Shown piece after piece: positions 13,760 to 28,000 of a stretch of 64,000 bases of DNA (position 1 is its first letter; every line of letters begins with the position of its first letter). The notes under the pieces were generated by a model, which was given only the letters and a program-made list of their open reading frames with translations, made no database searches and was not told where the DNA came from. The translations under genes and the position numbers were made by a program. The DNA comes from Phoronis australis (taxonomy: Eukaryota; Animalia; Phoronida), in the NCBI GenBank assembly GCA_002633005.1, contig NMRA01000461.1, positions 294,864 to 358,863 on the forward strand, in the 5' to 3' direction.

Positions 13760-14765
13760 TTACGTGAAATGGTTTTGAATCAGCAAACGTGTGACCACTG
13801 GTCATCTTTGCCCGCCATGTGCAACAACATTGATGTTGACGTCTTCATCACCATCATCTTCTTGAGGACGAGTTTAATCTTGACATGTTGTGCAGTAGAC
13901 ACAACAACACAGTGAATGCCTGGGCAGTGTCCGTTGGGCACCTAAGTCGAGAATCTATGCAAATGCAGGAGAAACGTCTCTTAAGTGCCCCAAAACCCTC
14001 TTTATGATATTTCGACTTCGTTTGTGGGAAATATTATAACGCACCTCTGCATCTCTGGTGGTCGTAATACAGGGATCAACAGATATCTTTCACACGGATA
14101 TCCATTGTCGCCAAGAAGTGAACCCCAGATCCTTCCATTTTAAACCTTGTCTGCCAGTGTGCTGTTGCGAAATATTGTGCTGTAGTGGGTTGATCCAGTC
14201 CAACGAGTTACGACATTGCGAATCGTCATTGATGAGTCGCATACTGCCTGTGCATTCAACGAGTAGTACCCCTTCCGATTGACGTACGTGACAGGATTCC
14301 TGATTACTCGTGGATAAGCAATTTTGATGTGTGCACCATCAACACAACCGACAATTTCAGGCAATTCGCAACGCGAAAAAAATCTTTTTGATTCTGTTGG
14401 CTTCTGCCGTATCGGGTATCTTAATGTACTGTTATTTCAGTGATGTCATCGCCTCGCTTACCCTCCGCACAATCCTGCAGACAGATGCCACACTAAAGCC
14501 GCTCAGGTTGCCGGTTGCATTGAATTGCAAACTGGTGAGCACTTGTAGCGGCTCTGGCGTAATACTCTGGGATCTCAGGGTTATATGTGCTTATGAGGTC
14601 CTTCATCGTCTGTTTTGTCATTCGGAACCGGTTTTTGAAGTATGTCTCGTCATAAAATTCAAAATAGTTAACTCTAGCTCTAAAATTGCCTCGGCGACCC
14701 ACGCCACGACGTCTTTCGCCTGATCAATAGAACACATGTATATCTCGCACGTCTGGGTCAGCCAT
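13760..14765 (-). pseudogene. Harbinger (HARBI1-like, DDE_Tnp_4) transposase, frameshifted
   Basis: FKNRFRMTK, PEIVGCVDGAHIKI, YVNRKGYYSLNAQAVCD, WTGSTHYSTIFRNS (the catalytic HD reads HY), LLGDNGYP, FGALKRRF; several stops and frameshifts. Confidence 0.9.
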
Positions 14766-17700
14766 CTTTAAAAGTGTTAAACCCGGGCCTGACAATGTCT
14801 AAAGTTAAAGCCGGTTTAAGGTCTTCGTACAGGTCTAAGAAACTTCGACTAAGGTGGTGAAATGAAATCTGTGTTAGACCAGGTTCCAACTGGAGTTAAA
14901 CCAGGTTTTACTAGGCCAATGGTAAAAAGTTAAACACCCTTGATTAAATGCGACCACATAAGTTTTCACAATAACATCCAAATGTGTTGAAATATTTTAC
15001 AGGCCTTCTTCCCATGACCAACTTTTAGAGAAAAGGCAGTAAGGTATCTCCGCAACTGAATTTCTGCGATCGAATCCCTCAATCCTTCTGTGAAGCATTT
15101 GTTCAGGCATTTATCCAAAATAGTTACCTTTAGTTTAGTAATGTGTAATTGGACATTTGGCGTCGTTCAATGTAGTTCTCGAAGTAATCACTTCGCCATA
15201 ATGCGGGTCAAACTATACTGTATACATAGTCTGTGACGTAATGTATCGAATTGGATTCCTTTGAATGGTAAAATTTCCCTGTATTTTTCACACCTGTAGT
15301 TATTTTCTACAGATAATCCACTGCTCAGAAATCATTGCAACAAATATGATAACATGATCTTGTCAACGGCAGACGTTGTACTAAATATATCAGAGGCATC
15401 CAGCCAGTGTCACGTGTTAAAAATGGCCAATGAAATCGTCGAGAATGTTGGCTAATTTTGTCGAGAAATCATTAGTCATCTGAAACCGAACTTCAAACGT
15501 ATTGCTTGATGATGTCACCATTAGGACAAATAATGCAAGCCAATTACGCAAACGTGGGGCTTCCAGGGTTAAATTAAATTGTCCTGCTTTGCTTAACGTT
15601 GTTATCATGAATCAGATCTGCGAAATTTTATTTTACTGAGTGTTCCTGACGCTATTGTAACAAGTTTGCAAAATTGTGTAATTGCATTTTAAAGTAGGAC
15701 CTATATTCAGGCTTTACCAGGAAAAAGAGTCAGCAATTGGTGTATACTCATAGGCACTGTTTATGAATTATAGTGTCAAAATAACAGACGGTATAAGTTG
15801 AGGTTGTATGGTATGCAATCGTTATTATAAGTTAGTATGGGGTTCTGTTTGATAAAGGTGCCTCAATACTTAAGAAAACGTATGGTCTTACCCGGCTCCC
15901 AATTCACAATATTGAGTGAAAGTTTAGCCGAATATCCGTGAACGCATCACTGAAATACTGTGATAAATATAAATTAGTTAGCAGTTGTGAGTGTATTCTT
16001 AGACACTTTGAAGTTCTGCTCTAATGAGAGAAAATCACATTTAATTGCTTTTCTGAGTGAGTGATGTCAAGCTTAATACCGAAATTCTGCCTTCAGCCAT
16101 ACATGTAAGTCATCTTTCATAAATCAGACCCCCGGTTCCGCTTCCAAAAAAACCTTACACTTATGGAAAATTTATAATCAAGGGAAGCATCCCTCTAGTT
16201 TGACCGCTCTTATTGACTATTAAAAGGGCAAAAGGTGCTGAAAGTGGTTTTTCATCATTATATGGATGAAGGAGACAGGATCTAATACATTAATACTCTT
16301 TTAATTGGTGAAAATAAGACTAATGTACGTCAAACTGCATTAAAATGTCTCTTTAAATCAACACGTGTTGCGAGTGGAAAATACGTCACGATAACCGGTG
16401 TCGCATTATTTTCTCTTTTGGTTTACGTAACTGAACAGAAACACAAATTGATGCGTCAAATCCATGCAATATGTACTAACACTGTAGTCATCCTTACGCA
16501 GTAGCTTACACGCATCTGTTTTCCTGGTTTTATTGAATTATTTAAACTATTCATTGTTTCGAAAAACAAACACAAATACACCAGTCTGCAGTGATAGATC
16601 CGACATGTAGTTCACCGCACACCAAGGTTAAGGTTATTTCCAACATAATTCACTATAATGACCATTTTCTCAATATTTTGCAAGTGCCTAGTAGAATACC
16701 TGATCTTCATTCTCGGGGAAGTTCGAATACAAAATATATATACTGCGTAGCGAGAAAAAAAAAATTAACAAAACCACCTTGGAACTGCACAATCGCGTGG
16801 ATATTTGTTTACTTCTTAACCAAGTTCAATGGTTAAAAGGCTTTCAATCAAATAGAATCTCCCGCCAGGTACAGAACAGCTTCGTATACCCTCAGTCCTC
16901 TCATCCACAAAATCGCCATAACATTGAGGAAACGAGGTGCACTTATGGTACAATGGTGGCGGGGAAAACAAAGACAAAACGTTCTTTAGATCCTAAGGCA
17001 GTTGTGCGTCTACATGTACATGCATACGACCGTTGGGGTTTAGAACGAATGCTACATGTACTGTCGCCTCAGGCCTCTGTGGTCATGAACACACCCAATT
17101 GTGAAAAGAGATAAATCCCCACCTTAATTCCTTCATTCAATTAATAAGTTGACATTTCAATCTTTCGGTCTCATGCTAACGACATGCTTTAACCAACGAT
17201 TCGATTTTTATTATCCATTTCTTACTTGGTTTCGTATCAGTCTCCCAGCACGTTACGTGTACAGGTTGTGAATAACAATGAAATGTGACCTATTTAAAAA
17301 TAAAAATTGTCAAATAGTCGCAAACAACTGAAGTTTTCATTTTAAAACTGTTTCATCAAAATCGACTTGCTCAAAAATAGATTATTTCCTCTGATTTTTA
17401 CATGAACACTCACATTGGTCCCCAATCTCCCTCACATCAAAGTAATTAGCATAACCATACTTCCTTTCTCGTGTGAAGGGTTATTTTGCTATAAACGTAC
17501 ATTTCTTAAAAATAAATATGACATTTCTAGATCCAAACAACTTTTAAACTTCAATTGCATTTCATTCCAGTATACCCAGCGTCTTTTCTCCTACAAACCA
17601 AATACTGGTGGAGGCAGTTGAGGCTTTTCCGCATGAAAGATAACATCAAAAAGAAGCATGTGTATGGTTTGACCAAGGTTTTCATACCGTTTAAGTTGAG

Positions 17701-20700
17701 AAGTGTGGTGATTTTGGTAGCCTACCGGCCTGCGTGAGGGATATTGCGGGTAAGTTAATTTTTAATTACTTACGACCATTTTCACTGAAACTGATGATTT
17801 CCAGAACATTGAGAATACAATGAAATTGGGAATGAAGCACAACCTTTATGATTCTCTGTTTCACCTTTCATCCAATATTTCGGGCAGCATTGGTCGAACT
17901 GTAGTTTTCTTGTGGTTGCTTAAGGTGCACGTACATTGAGAAACTATCATCTGCATTATGAATCTCAGATGAGAATTGGGTTGAAGTAACCTCCCAGTGA
18001 GGTGTCATTTGAAATTAGCGTCTCACTCAAAATACACATACGCTTGCTAATTCGAAGCCACCTTAGCGTTTATTTTACTATCATTACTGACCCCAAGTAA
18101 GAGTAATAATTCATTACCATATATGTCTGTTTTTGAATTCATTGTTCTGCGTACGAAATAATGTATTTTATAGATTTCCTTAGGTTAAGTCCACGGTAAC
18201 GCCGATACTGTAAAGCCCGGCAATTGGGGACACACCCCTAGTTGTAAAGCAGCGCCTAATATAAGCTTTGTAAAGAGGGGCCACCTGCGGGTTATGAATG
18301 CTCATTGATCTTTGTCTGAATGCCCTTGCAACTGACATTTCTCTTTCGGTGCCTCAAACTAATTAGCCATTTATTGTTCAAATCGTGTTTTCAAAAACAT
18401 TAGTTGCAATAGACTTCTACTGACTACCCGTTTCCATACATAACGTCACAACTATGGCCGCATTGGCAGCTGACACATTACATATGTTCATTGTAATTAC
18501 TGATTGTCCGTCGTTACAACTGAACAACCTTCTGTAGTACGTCTTTATCGGCTTAAGTGTTTTCCTCTTAAAATACAACTCTGGTTTTGAGCTGTTCAAA
18601 AATCACAAAATACTATTTACCTTTTCACGAATGTGATTTCTGTGGACACGATTATACTTCGTAAATAAATAAATTCTGAATGCTATTGCTATGAACTATT
18701 TTGTTTGAAGGGCAGTGATGGATGGTTGACAACCCAAAAAACATATAGAAGTGTAAACACTGTGTGCATGCGCATAACCTATTGTTTTATCATAGAAACA
18801 ATTTTTTTGTAATTTTGGTGTTGATCAGCAATCGTCCAATTCATATTTGCTGTTATTATAGTATGTTACTCTGTCAGCGTTTGTATTTGATGTGAGGACA
18901 CTAATTGTATAGCTTCTTGTTGCAAGATGAGATAATCTGATAAAAACTTCCCACAAGGCAAGTCTCGTCATGTACAAACAAGACACTTGGCAGTTGTTTC
19001 CACCGGTTGTTATCAAAAATCGAAATCTCAGCAAGCATGAGCATCAGCAATAATCAAGAGTTTTTTGACTAGTGAACATTTTCGGTACCACAATGGCCAG
19101 CTCTTAGTCAAAGAATGATGGGTCATCTTGAAAATTATGCAGTAGTAATGGGATAACGAAGGTTGACCATGTGGACATTTTACAATAATAAAGTCTGAAG
19201 TTATATGAACTTCACTTGTGATAAAGTATGGTGAACAAGCAGCAGGCTGGACGGTAGATCGTTGGCTTGATAAGGTGACAGGTGATGGTGCTGGTTCAAA
19301 TATAGTTTGGTCCAGTCACAAATGCGTCCTGACTTGTTCTTCTCGGCAAGACGGCAAAACAAGTTATTGGAAGCAGAGTGGCAACCCTAACTATGTTTTC
19401 AGCCATTGGAATTGGTCTCGTGTATGTAGTTTGTGCCTCATCAGCCGTGTCTAGCTCAAAAGTATCTCGTTGATTTAAAAAACGTGTCTAGTGAAGATTG
19501 GGCCATCTTACGTACAAGTAGAAGTTTAATTTTCTTTGAATGCATTCACAGACCTTTCAGAGAGAAATCGGTAACCCCAAACTCATCAATTCGTGGTTTG
19601 CAGTTGTATCACGGGATTTAGTGTTACTTAACTCAAACACACAGTGTAACTGATGCAACAATTTAGGAGCTCCGAGATTTGTTTGGGATAAACCTGTTGT
19701 TCTATTGTTTCTGCGGTGTGGAAAGTATTGAGGTGAAAGCCTTTATTAAACTGATCGTTGATTAAGTGAATTGTTCTTCTCAATGTGCGCCATTAATTTG
19801 TTTGTGCATCGTCACTTATTTTGTGCGTCAATTGAATGACACCATGACCCACTTGGGCCAAGAAGCCTCCTAAAATAAACTTGTTTAAAAACTAATGAAC
19901 TACCGCCCAACACAAATATAACTACATTTATGCTATTTTGGTTTCCTCGGAAAAATGGCGAAGCTGATATCCACGTGATCATAATTAATAATGAAAGTAT
20001 TTATGATGTTGAACATTTTTACTTTTTGAATAGATTGATAAGAATTTCTCAAGTTCCACGAAAATGCACTTTCGTTAAATTCTAATGAAATAATTTATTG
20101 AATTGTAATTTTCAATTTTTAGTAATCTCCAGAAAAAAAATCGAGTTTGGGAAATTTCAAATGAATGTGTCAGAATTCTAAATGCTTTTTTCATATCGAA
20201 ACATTACTACAAACGCACTTGTCTACTGATGATATGTGACAGCCCCTCATGCTGGCATGCTGTTATGAGGGGTTTGATAATTGTGCGAGATTGAAGACTT
20301 AATAACTCATTATCATTTGATCACAAATAACAAAGCTGTATGGAAATTAGAACCGTTCTTGGATGCTTAAGACTTCAGGAATAACCATCAGCCTTTAATG
20401 TTTCCATTCTTTCAGTTCCACAAATCACGAAATGTGTTGTAGTAAAGTCTAAAACGGCGGACTTTAAAAAAATGTTAAAATTCCTTAATAGTTCTTGCAG
20501 CTCACTCAATTAACAACAGTATTCTGCCAAGCACTGTAACCCACAAAGTCGACAACTTATAACAAAATATGTTGTTTTCGTGCTACTTTGCAAGAAGGCA
20601 ACCTCTTCAAAAAGTGCTTTGACATGTGAACACGAGAGTTTGTAAAATTAAGTTCCACAAATAACTACCTTGAATATACGTTCTAATGAGATGCAAATTA

Positions 20701-21786
20701 TACTTAATGGGCTTAGGATTAAATGTGAATGTACACCACCTGCAAGAGATTTTAATAACTGTACTAATACGCCTAATGAAAATCACTGGCGGATCTAGGA
20801 TATAATAAAGGTGTGTCCAACCGGAATGCTTGGACGGGAACTGTCTGCGTAACCCTCAAACACAATACGCCGACAACGCTTGCTCTAGTGGCCGATGGAG
20901 GCTTATTCCGCGTGGGCAGTTACTTGACATTCGTGTATCCAATTGTGCAATAACGACAAAATAATTGTAAATGCCCCCATTTTTACAAAAGAATGATGAT
21001 GCAATTAAAGTCTTTATCTATAAGATAATTGTAAAGTCGCAGTGAGCATGATTTCCAGTGGCCTCCACTTTTGTGCCTTCTTCACCCTCGTAGTATCGGT
21101 AACCCATGGTATCGGCGAAGGCCTGGTATCGTGGTCCCCCAACTCCCCACGACAGTAATTAAAGACTTAACTAAAGATCGTCCAATTGCAGGATCTTGTC
21201 ATTGTTAACAGCTCCATAGACCATTTAAGAGAAACTCTTCTAGTACCAGGGCCTTAGGAGAATAGGCCCACGGTCAGATATTCGGAAAACGGCATTTGAA
21301 AAACATCTGACTCGACAATCACCGAATATATACCCTGGCATAATTTAGTAGGAAGGAAGCGTCTTTTCACTGAATGACAGTGAATGCAGTGAACTCGCCA
21401 ACAAAAAATATGTATCCTGGCCAAGATTACACACGTACTTCTTAAACACCCATCGGTTACCGGAAATATGAGTGTGGGCGTACATTGTGAAATTAAAAAC
21501 TTCGCATGGTAATGATTAATCTTAAAATATTTTGAAACTTTAATTATGTGCTGAACTACATGAATGAGGCAACGCGCAGCTGTTTTTAAAAGACACGCTC
21601 TTACCTACATTTTTATATAAAGAGTGAGCTTTTAACTGCGGCAGGTAGGGAACCCCGGTACATGTTAGTACCGTGACGTTCTGTTTACGGCGAATTGGTC
21701 AATCAATTATCATCAGATGATATCTAAAAGCATGGATAATTTTTTTATCCCCATAATTAACTTACCGCCACCTGTTCAACTAGTTG

Positions 21787-21794
21787 TATATAAA
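21787..21794 (+). promoter_or_regulatory. Candidate TATA box of the astacin gene
   Basis: TATATAAA beginning 44 nt upstream of the ATG at 21831. Confidence 0.5.
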
Positions 21795-21830
21795 TCGTGT
21801 CCAAAGCATTGAGGGAATCAAAAAAGAAAG

Positions 21831-22010
21831 ATGGTAACAAGTACGGAACCTCGGTGGTTCCAGTTTGTTTTTGTAACAGCGGTTTTGCTGACAGCTTCGA
21901 TCGGACTACCGCATGGACAGAGTGGCAAAGGTGAAAGGAATATTGATCAAGACTCTACTTTACAATTGGAAATGGTTTTGGATGAAAAAGACCATCATGT
22001 GCCGCAAACA
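21831..22010 (+). CDS. Astacin gene exon 1: signal peptide and start of prodomain
   Basis: MVTSTEPRWFQFVFVTAVLLTASIG-LPH..., hydrophobic core; donor aca|gtgagt, phase 0. Confidence 0.8.
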
Positions 22011-25000
22011 GTGAGTGTTTCATCAGCATTTTAATGAAATTACACCATAAAATTAAACCAATATTTAAAGCACTATAGTTCTCTTAAAGTGGGATAGGTT
22101 TAAACACGTGTGTATTGAGTCAATGTATAACCATGATAACAAAACATTGTCTTTTTTCCTACGTGCCTTCCATCGTCTTAGATCAAAACGACACGTTCTT
22201 GCAATGAAAATATCAGAACACAAAATCAGGTAAATTTCTCACAAGTGGCGTAAATCAACAGTTTTTTTGTTAATTCATAATTCAGGATTCAGAAAAATAT
22301 GCAGATGGTTTGGTTGCATCCGTAAAGTGAGAGCTTTTATATACTCGGAAGAACTTTTCATGGGGTTGAAAGTGGGTGCCGATCAAGTTCTCCCATAAAG
22401 CAATTTGTCTGACGTAGTCATTAAAAGACTTGTTACTCGAAATGGAACTCGAAATTAGGTTTGGCATTTTCTACTCTACTTTTGGGCGAACTCAAAATAG
22501 GTGTCTATTATGCTATGCTCCAGTACAGAATAACTTACGTAGATAATTTATTGCCCTTAGTTCACAGTTTGTAAACCCAATATTAAAGCAATAAGTTGGA
22601 GTTTGAACTCGAAATTTCGAGTTTTTAATCGAGTTTGTAGCACGAAAATAAGGGTCTTCAAGGGCAAACTTGAACTAGAAACTCCTATGCATAAACTATA
22701 ATGTATTCGAGCACAGTCTGATAGCCACTTATCTTGAGTTCGCACAAAAGGAGCAGAGAAATTGCCAGAAATAGTTTCTAGTTCGTTTCGAGTACAAAAA
22801 TTAGAGACCGGTCCCTGGTGCTTACATTCTCATTCTCGAATTATACTGTCGGTACACGTAAATCCGGGGCAACTGCAATCTATTCTCTATTAGTCTTTGG
22901 AAATGGAACTGAAGCAGGGGATTTTCTCACGTAACTCAAAGTTCAACACTCGTTAGAAAGTCACTGCTGCGGTGACCATTTTGTGAAATCTCTACTGGTA
23001 TACCGTGATTATGCGCTCTATGACATGATCTTGCTTGTGCCGTAAAAATGCTTTAGGGAACATCAAGAAACACTGTGTCTTGTTTAATTTCTATGCGTAA
23101 TTCCAAAAAATATAATTTATAAAACAAACAAGCGTTCGCAATTTACAAATGGGATGGCTGATTTTTATTGTAGAGAGAAACTGCTGGTGAAGATGAAGAG
23201 CATGAAAGTATAGTGTTCATCAACGGTGGCAAGACGCAGTGGATTTCGGTTTGTATATTTGTATACTAGGGTGCCTGCGTATGGGCACTTTAGCTAGTAA
23301 CTGAGTTTCAGTGCTGTGCGATCGTTGCAATAAGGGGTTGTAATTCGCCAAGTGGCGCTCGTAAATCGATGGTTTATTTATTGAAACCCTGCATAGAAGT
23401 TACCACTCGGAAAATTAATCTATTGTTACAAAGCCTCCTATGATGGTGAACCGCTTTCTGCTGCCGATCTCCACTGCAGTAATATGAAATGAGATTTCCC
23501 TGCAGTTAAATGATAAAAAAGTGGATAGTAAACACGTCAAATACTTAGTGACTAAACAAACTTCACCCTTGGTTCTAAGATGCCAGATATCTGGGTAATG
23601 TTATCTTTAAGGTGTTGCACGCGCGGGGGGTGGCAATGGTGGAATCGACCGCGTTTTTTAACCTTTGACACTAAGGATGATCTTTTCCAGGGGGTTACAT
23701 GATATTTGAATAAAATGTCACTCTTCTCGGACTTTTAGAAATAATAAGCCTTTCATTTTATAAGCCCCTTCCAAACGTGGTCCATAATTGAAGGGGCGTG
23801 TGGGTTACGACCCCTTGTGCGCTATCAATCCAAAATTGGCGAGAGAAACAACAACAGACTCAAATTTGCATTAGTGTAAAGAAATTTGGTTCAAACAGCC
23901 CAAGGGGACTGTTAAAAATCAATATTAAACACAGATCATTAAGTGTTGGACTATGGAAAGCTGAAGACCACTGACGTAAATGGAAGAATTGTTTCCAACA
24001 GTTTCATAGCCATGAAATGCCTCTAGCTTTAATCATGTTATCATCAGTATAGGACTTCTTTATATCTTTACTTGGAATTGTATGATACTTGCAGAAGCCC
24101 ATCTTGACGTTTTGGGTACAGTTCTTTGATGACCGTCTACTCAAATTACGGTACATACACTGGTTACCACAAAGAAAGATTAATCAATGTTTGGAGCTCA
24201 AATTTAACTCACAGACCGTAAAAGATCCTCTGGAATTATACAGCATACAAGCTTTAGCGTGAATGATTGTCTGAAATTTCTTGGCCCCCAATCTTTTGGT
24301 ATGCCCCTTCTGAAGCGCTCTCCCGGTTGCCTTATGTTGTCATGAGCTGTTCAGCTGAGAGATACAAGTTACTTGAAGGAGTTAACGTTGGTAATGGCTC
24401 AGGTCTTATTTTTAGTGTCCGTGAAATTTCGTTAGAGCTTATGTTCAAACTTGACAGCGCAAATAGAAAAGGTCATATGAAGGTTAAAAAGAACACAACA
24501 TGACCAATTGAGATAAAACAAACATAGAAACATATAAAATGTGCAAAATTAAAATTTGGGGCTTTTTGGCCAACAATTTTGACGACCATTGACCAGAAAG
24601 TGATCGCGCAACAAGTGCTGTGTCTCCATAATTTTAATAAATACTGCCGTCCCACTTTGTCCACCACCCAGCTTTGACGATTTTGCTCCTTTTATCCAAA
24701 TTTTGATCAGATATGTTTACTACAGTGGTTGACACACACTAACCTTCCAAAGTCTGTATACGTAACTCAAATCTGCCACACACCAATTTCTAATAACCTC
24801 CGTTTGTTCAGGATCGTTCCGTTGCCGATACATCGTTAAATTGTGAATTTTCATTCGCGCCGCGATCATCGACCATTCACTGCTAGGAGTTTAAGTAATT
24901 TCACTCCCTGACAGGCTATTGAACGAAATAATGTTCTCACCCTGCAAACATCACCCTCACTCACTTCATTTGCCTCCGCCGGCGACTCTTTTCTCGGCAC

Positions 25001-28000
25001 TTTCGGCTTCCACTTGTATTTTTCGACGACGTTCTCTTGCAGCAATAAACTGGGATTTTCCAGTCTTTTTCCTGATCCAAAGCAGGGTTTCAACGAGCGT
25101 TTTCTCCCCGTTTTATCAAAAAATTCGAAGTGGAATCTCAAATTAACGCAGATTGTTCAGAAAACAATGAACACGTTGCCAAATATGGCGCTTATCAGCT
25201 TTCGTTTATATGCAACGAAAATGACTGACGTGACCACGTAACGGCCCTATCTCCAATCACAGGGCTTTAAAACGACATCATGTCCCATAAATAACCAGAA
25301 GGCTTAGGTAGCCAATGGAATACTTAGAGATTGACTGATTGGAAACGGCCTGCTACCCTGTTTTGACTAGCAACAATAAATGAAGGGATTTGGCTTTTCT
25401 ACTTTCGTAAGTATCATGGGCTGTAGGAGAATGTGTCCGTGAGCCGCGGCCTTGTGAAGTTGAGTTAAATGATGGAATTGCGGCGTTTTTTTCGTTATAA
25501 AATGAGACATTAGTTGTAATAAGCGACACAATAAAGTATCCTATAGATGTAAGACTAGGGCTTAAAGTATGTAATGATTAGAAAAAACCTAAAATGTCAA
25601 GGCAAAATACAAAGTGGTTATTTTGCAGCACTGTCAAGTCTGAATCTGTTTTTACTCAAGTTTTGATAGTTGCCATCCTGGGATCTGCCCCCAGATCTAG
25701 AACAGACATTGTTTATGAGTCTACTAACCTGAGGAAATCCAGCCAAAGGGAGAGAGGACAAGCTTAAACATGTCGATGAGGTTTGTCTCCCCAAAAATAT
25801 TTACCCTGCTTCTTCCTGCCACCATGGATTGTACGAAGTGGCTTACCTAAAAAAACAACTGCCGCCAGTTAAATTGATAATGGGTCCAATTCTGTTGCAC
25901 ACGGAGCAGAGTCAATGAAGAACACATTGCAAAGTTAAACAAACGTTTTAGGTCTTAAAACTCACCTTTCTCGTCCATTTTTTAAATTAAAAAATAATCA
26001 CTGTGCTTTTCATGAACTATTCAACTATGCTTTCTACAGTCTTTCAAAACGAAAATTCAGAAATACTATTGTCGCCCAAAATGTGTTTATGATAGAACTC
26101 AATACCTCTAGAACGATGACACCAGCAGCCACCACAGCATAGTGCTTTTGGTCTAAATGTTCAGATTCTGAAGTGCGGATACTGGTTGATTTTCCTAGTC
26201 TGGACCGGATAGGTTTTCATCTTAGGAGTCTTGTCATATGTTTTACGACAAGCGAAATATCAATCACATCTGTAACCCTGTCATTACAACCACTTGTACT
26301 GATGTCAAGGCAGTACCGGCTTTTGCAGAAGACAGGTGATAAACCAAACATAGACGAGATGGGTTTGGACAGCAACGCTCACGCCGGCGATATCCTGGGT
26401 GAAGACTTCATGACAGAAGACGAACAGGTAGTGTAGTTATATCAATCGGAAATTTGAAAACCTGGAGTAACTACCTTGAAAATTTGGCGCTCAATGATCG
26501 CATCAAAATTAAATGTCTTGTATGTAGTTATACAGGACCCTGGAAATCGGTCTAATACACGTACATGTATGGCGAACCTCGTAACATTGTACAACATCTA
26601 AAAAATTTGCTGATGGTTCAAGTTACACATTCAAGTACCACGTTTTATTTATTGTTTTCCAAGAAGCTGATATGTGCTGATTGTCAAATCTTCCATGTTT
26701 ACATTGATGGGTTATGAAACTTGGATTTTCAAAGTTGTCAAGAAGAAAATCTAAAACTGTACAATACGATTATTCAAATGATACATGTACTTTATACACT
26801 GCTACTGGGATATTGGTTATTAAACAATGTAACGTTATTCTTATGTAAGCGTTGTTTTTTCTTTCAGTTTCTTACTTTCATGAACACTTGTACTAAACAT
26901 ATTTGGTAACCTAAAACAATTAGCGTAAGACTAGTAAACAGTCATAAACCAAATCTTTGATTCCTCATACTTTCAGAAATTATATGATTTTATTTAGTTA
27001 AAATCAATAATTTACTAGACGTTTGGTTTGAAACGTAGACTTATCGACTAGGCCAATCATAACACTAATCCTCGAAGTCTCAAATTAAGCAAAATTTGCT
27101 TGAGGAGTGCAAGGGGTTTATCAACGGAATTGAATTAAAAAATCGTGCTTTGGGTACATGTTGAACGTAAGGAAAGTTCTATGCAAGGATTTGTGGGAAA
27201 TCGAACCTTCATAAGGGATAAGACACATAAGTTAATAAGACAGCTGTGGTTTAGGGTAAGAAAGTCAGAATATACCTTTAACAAAGTAGGCTTAATGTGA
27301 GTCATTTTTGCCTAAAATTGTTTGCTAGCGTTGAAGCTGTCTTCGTGAAGGAAACTTTGAGTGGAATCATTGATTTTGAATATTAAACTTTCGGCGTCAC
27401 TTCCTTTACATACATGTACTTCATTTTTCAAAGTACAGTAAAATTGACAAATCTTAGTAGAATTTCGCAAAATTCTTGTGAAATTGGACGATTAAACAGC
27501 TACTAAAAATTCCCAATAAGGCAAACTTGAACATTTTTTAGGCTTTTAGTCAGACATTAAAGAGCCAACACACAGCAAACAACTACATGTATTTGTTATT
27601 ATGAAATTTCGAGACACAACCAAAAATTCACCTTTTATAGAATTCAATCGCTGCCTCTGAGGAAAGTAGGGAGCGTGATTGGAAGGTCAAATAAAATCCT
27701 ACTTGATCCAATCGTAGCAGACGACCTACTTCGTTGACTCTTGAAATGTTTTTTTACAAAGCTGCTGCTCATACGCTGCGAAATTCTAATATACAAGGTA
27801 CACTTAGTCCCACGCCCATGCACATTGTACAATTAGCATGAGCATGGGATGAGAACAGCCACGCAGTGGTTACTGTAAGATATAAAGTACCATGAACAGA
27901 CTCGATGCGTTTGTGTGTCTAGTAATTCCAAATCTCTTCGTCCGGTTTCCTTACAGCTAATCTCAAAACGGAAGGCGGCCTGGTACCAGAATGCTATATG

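Larger units (their letters stand above)
12019..14955. mobile_element. Degenerate PIF/Harbinger DNA transposon with convergent Myb/SANT and transposase ORFs
   Basis: Two decayed ORFs typical of Harbinger. Imperfect TIRs: ccgatttcattaacgtggtttaac versus the reverse complement of gttaaacacccttgattaaatgcgac. Confidence 0.85.

Noticed and set aside
19100-19620. IYRP-like motif suggesting a LINE endonuclease
   Set aside because: Single short motif with no continuous frame
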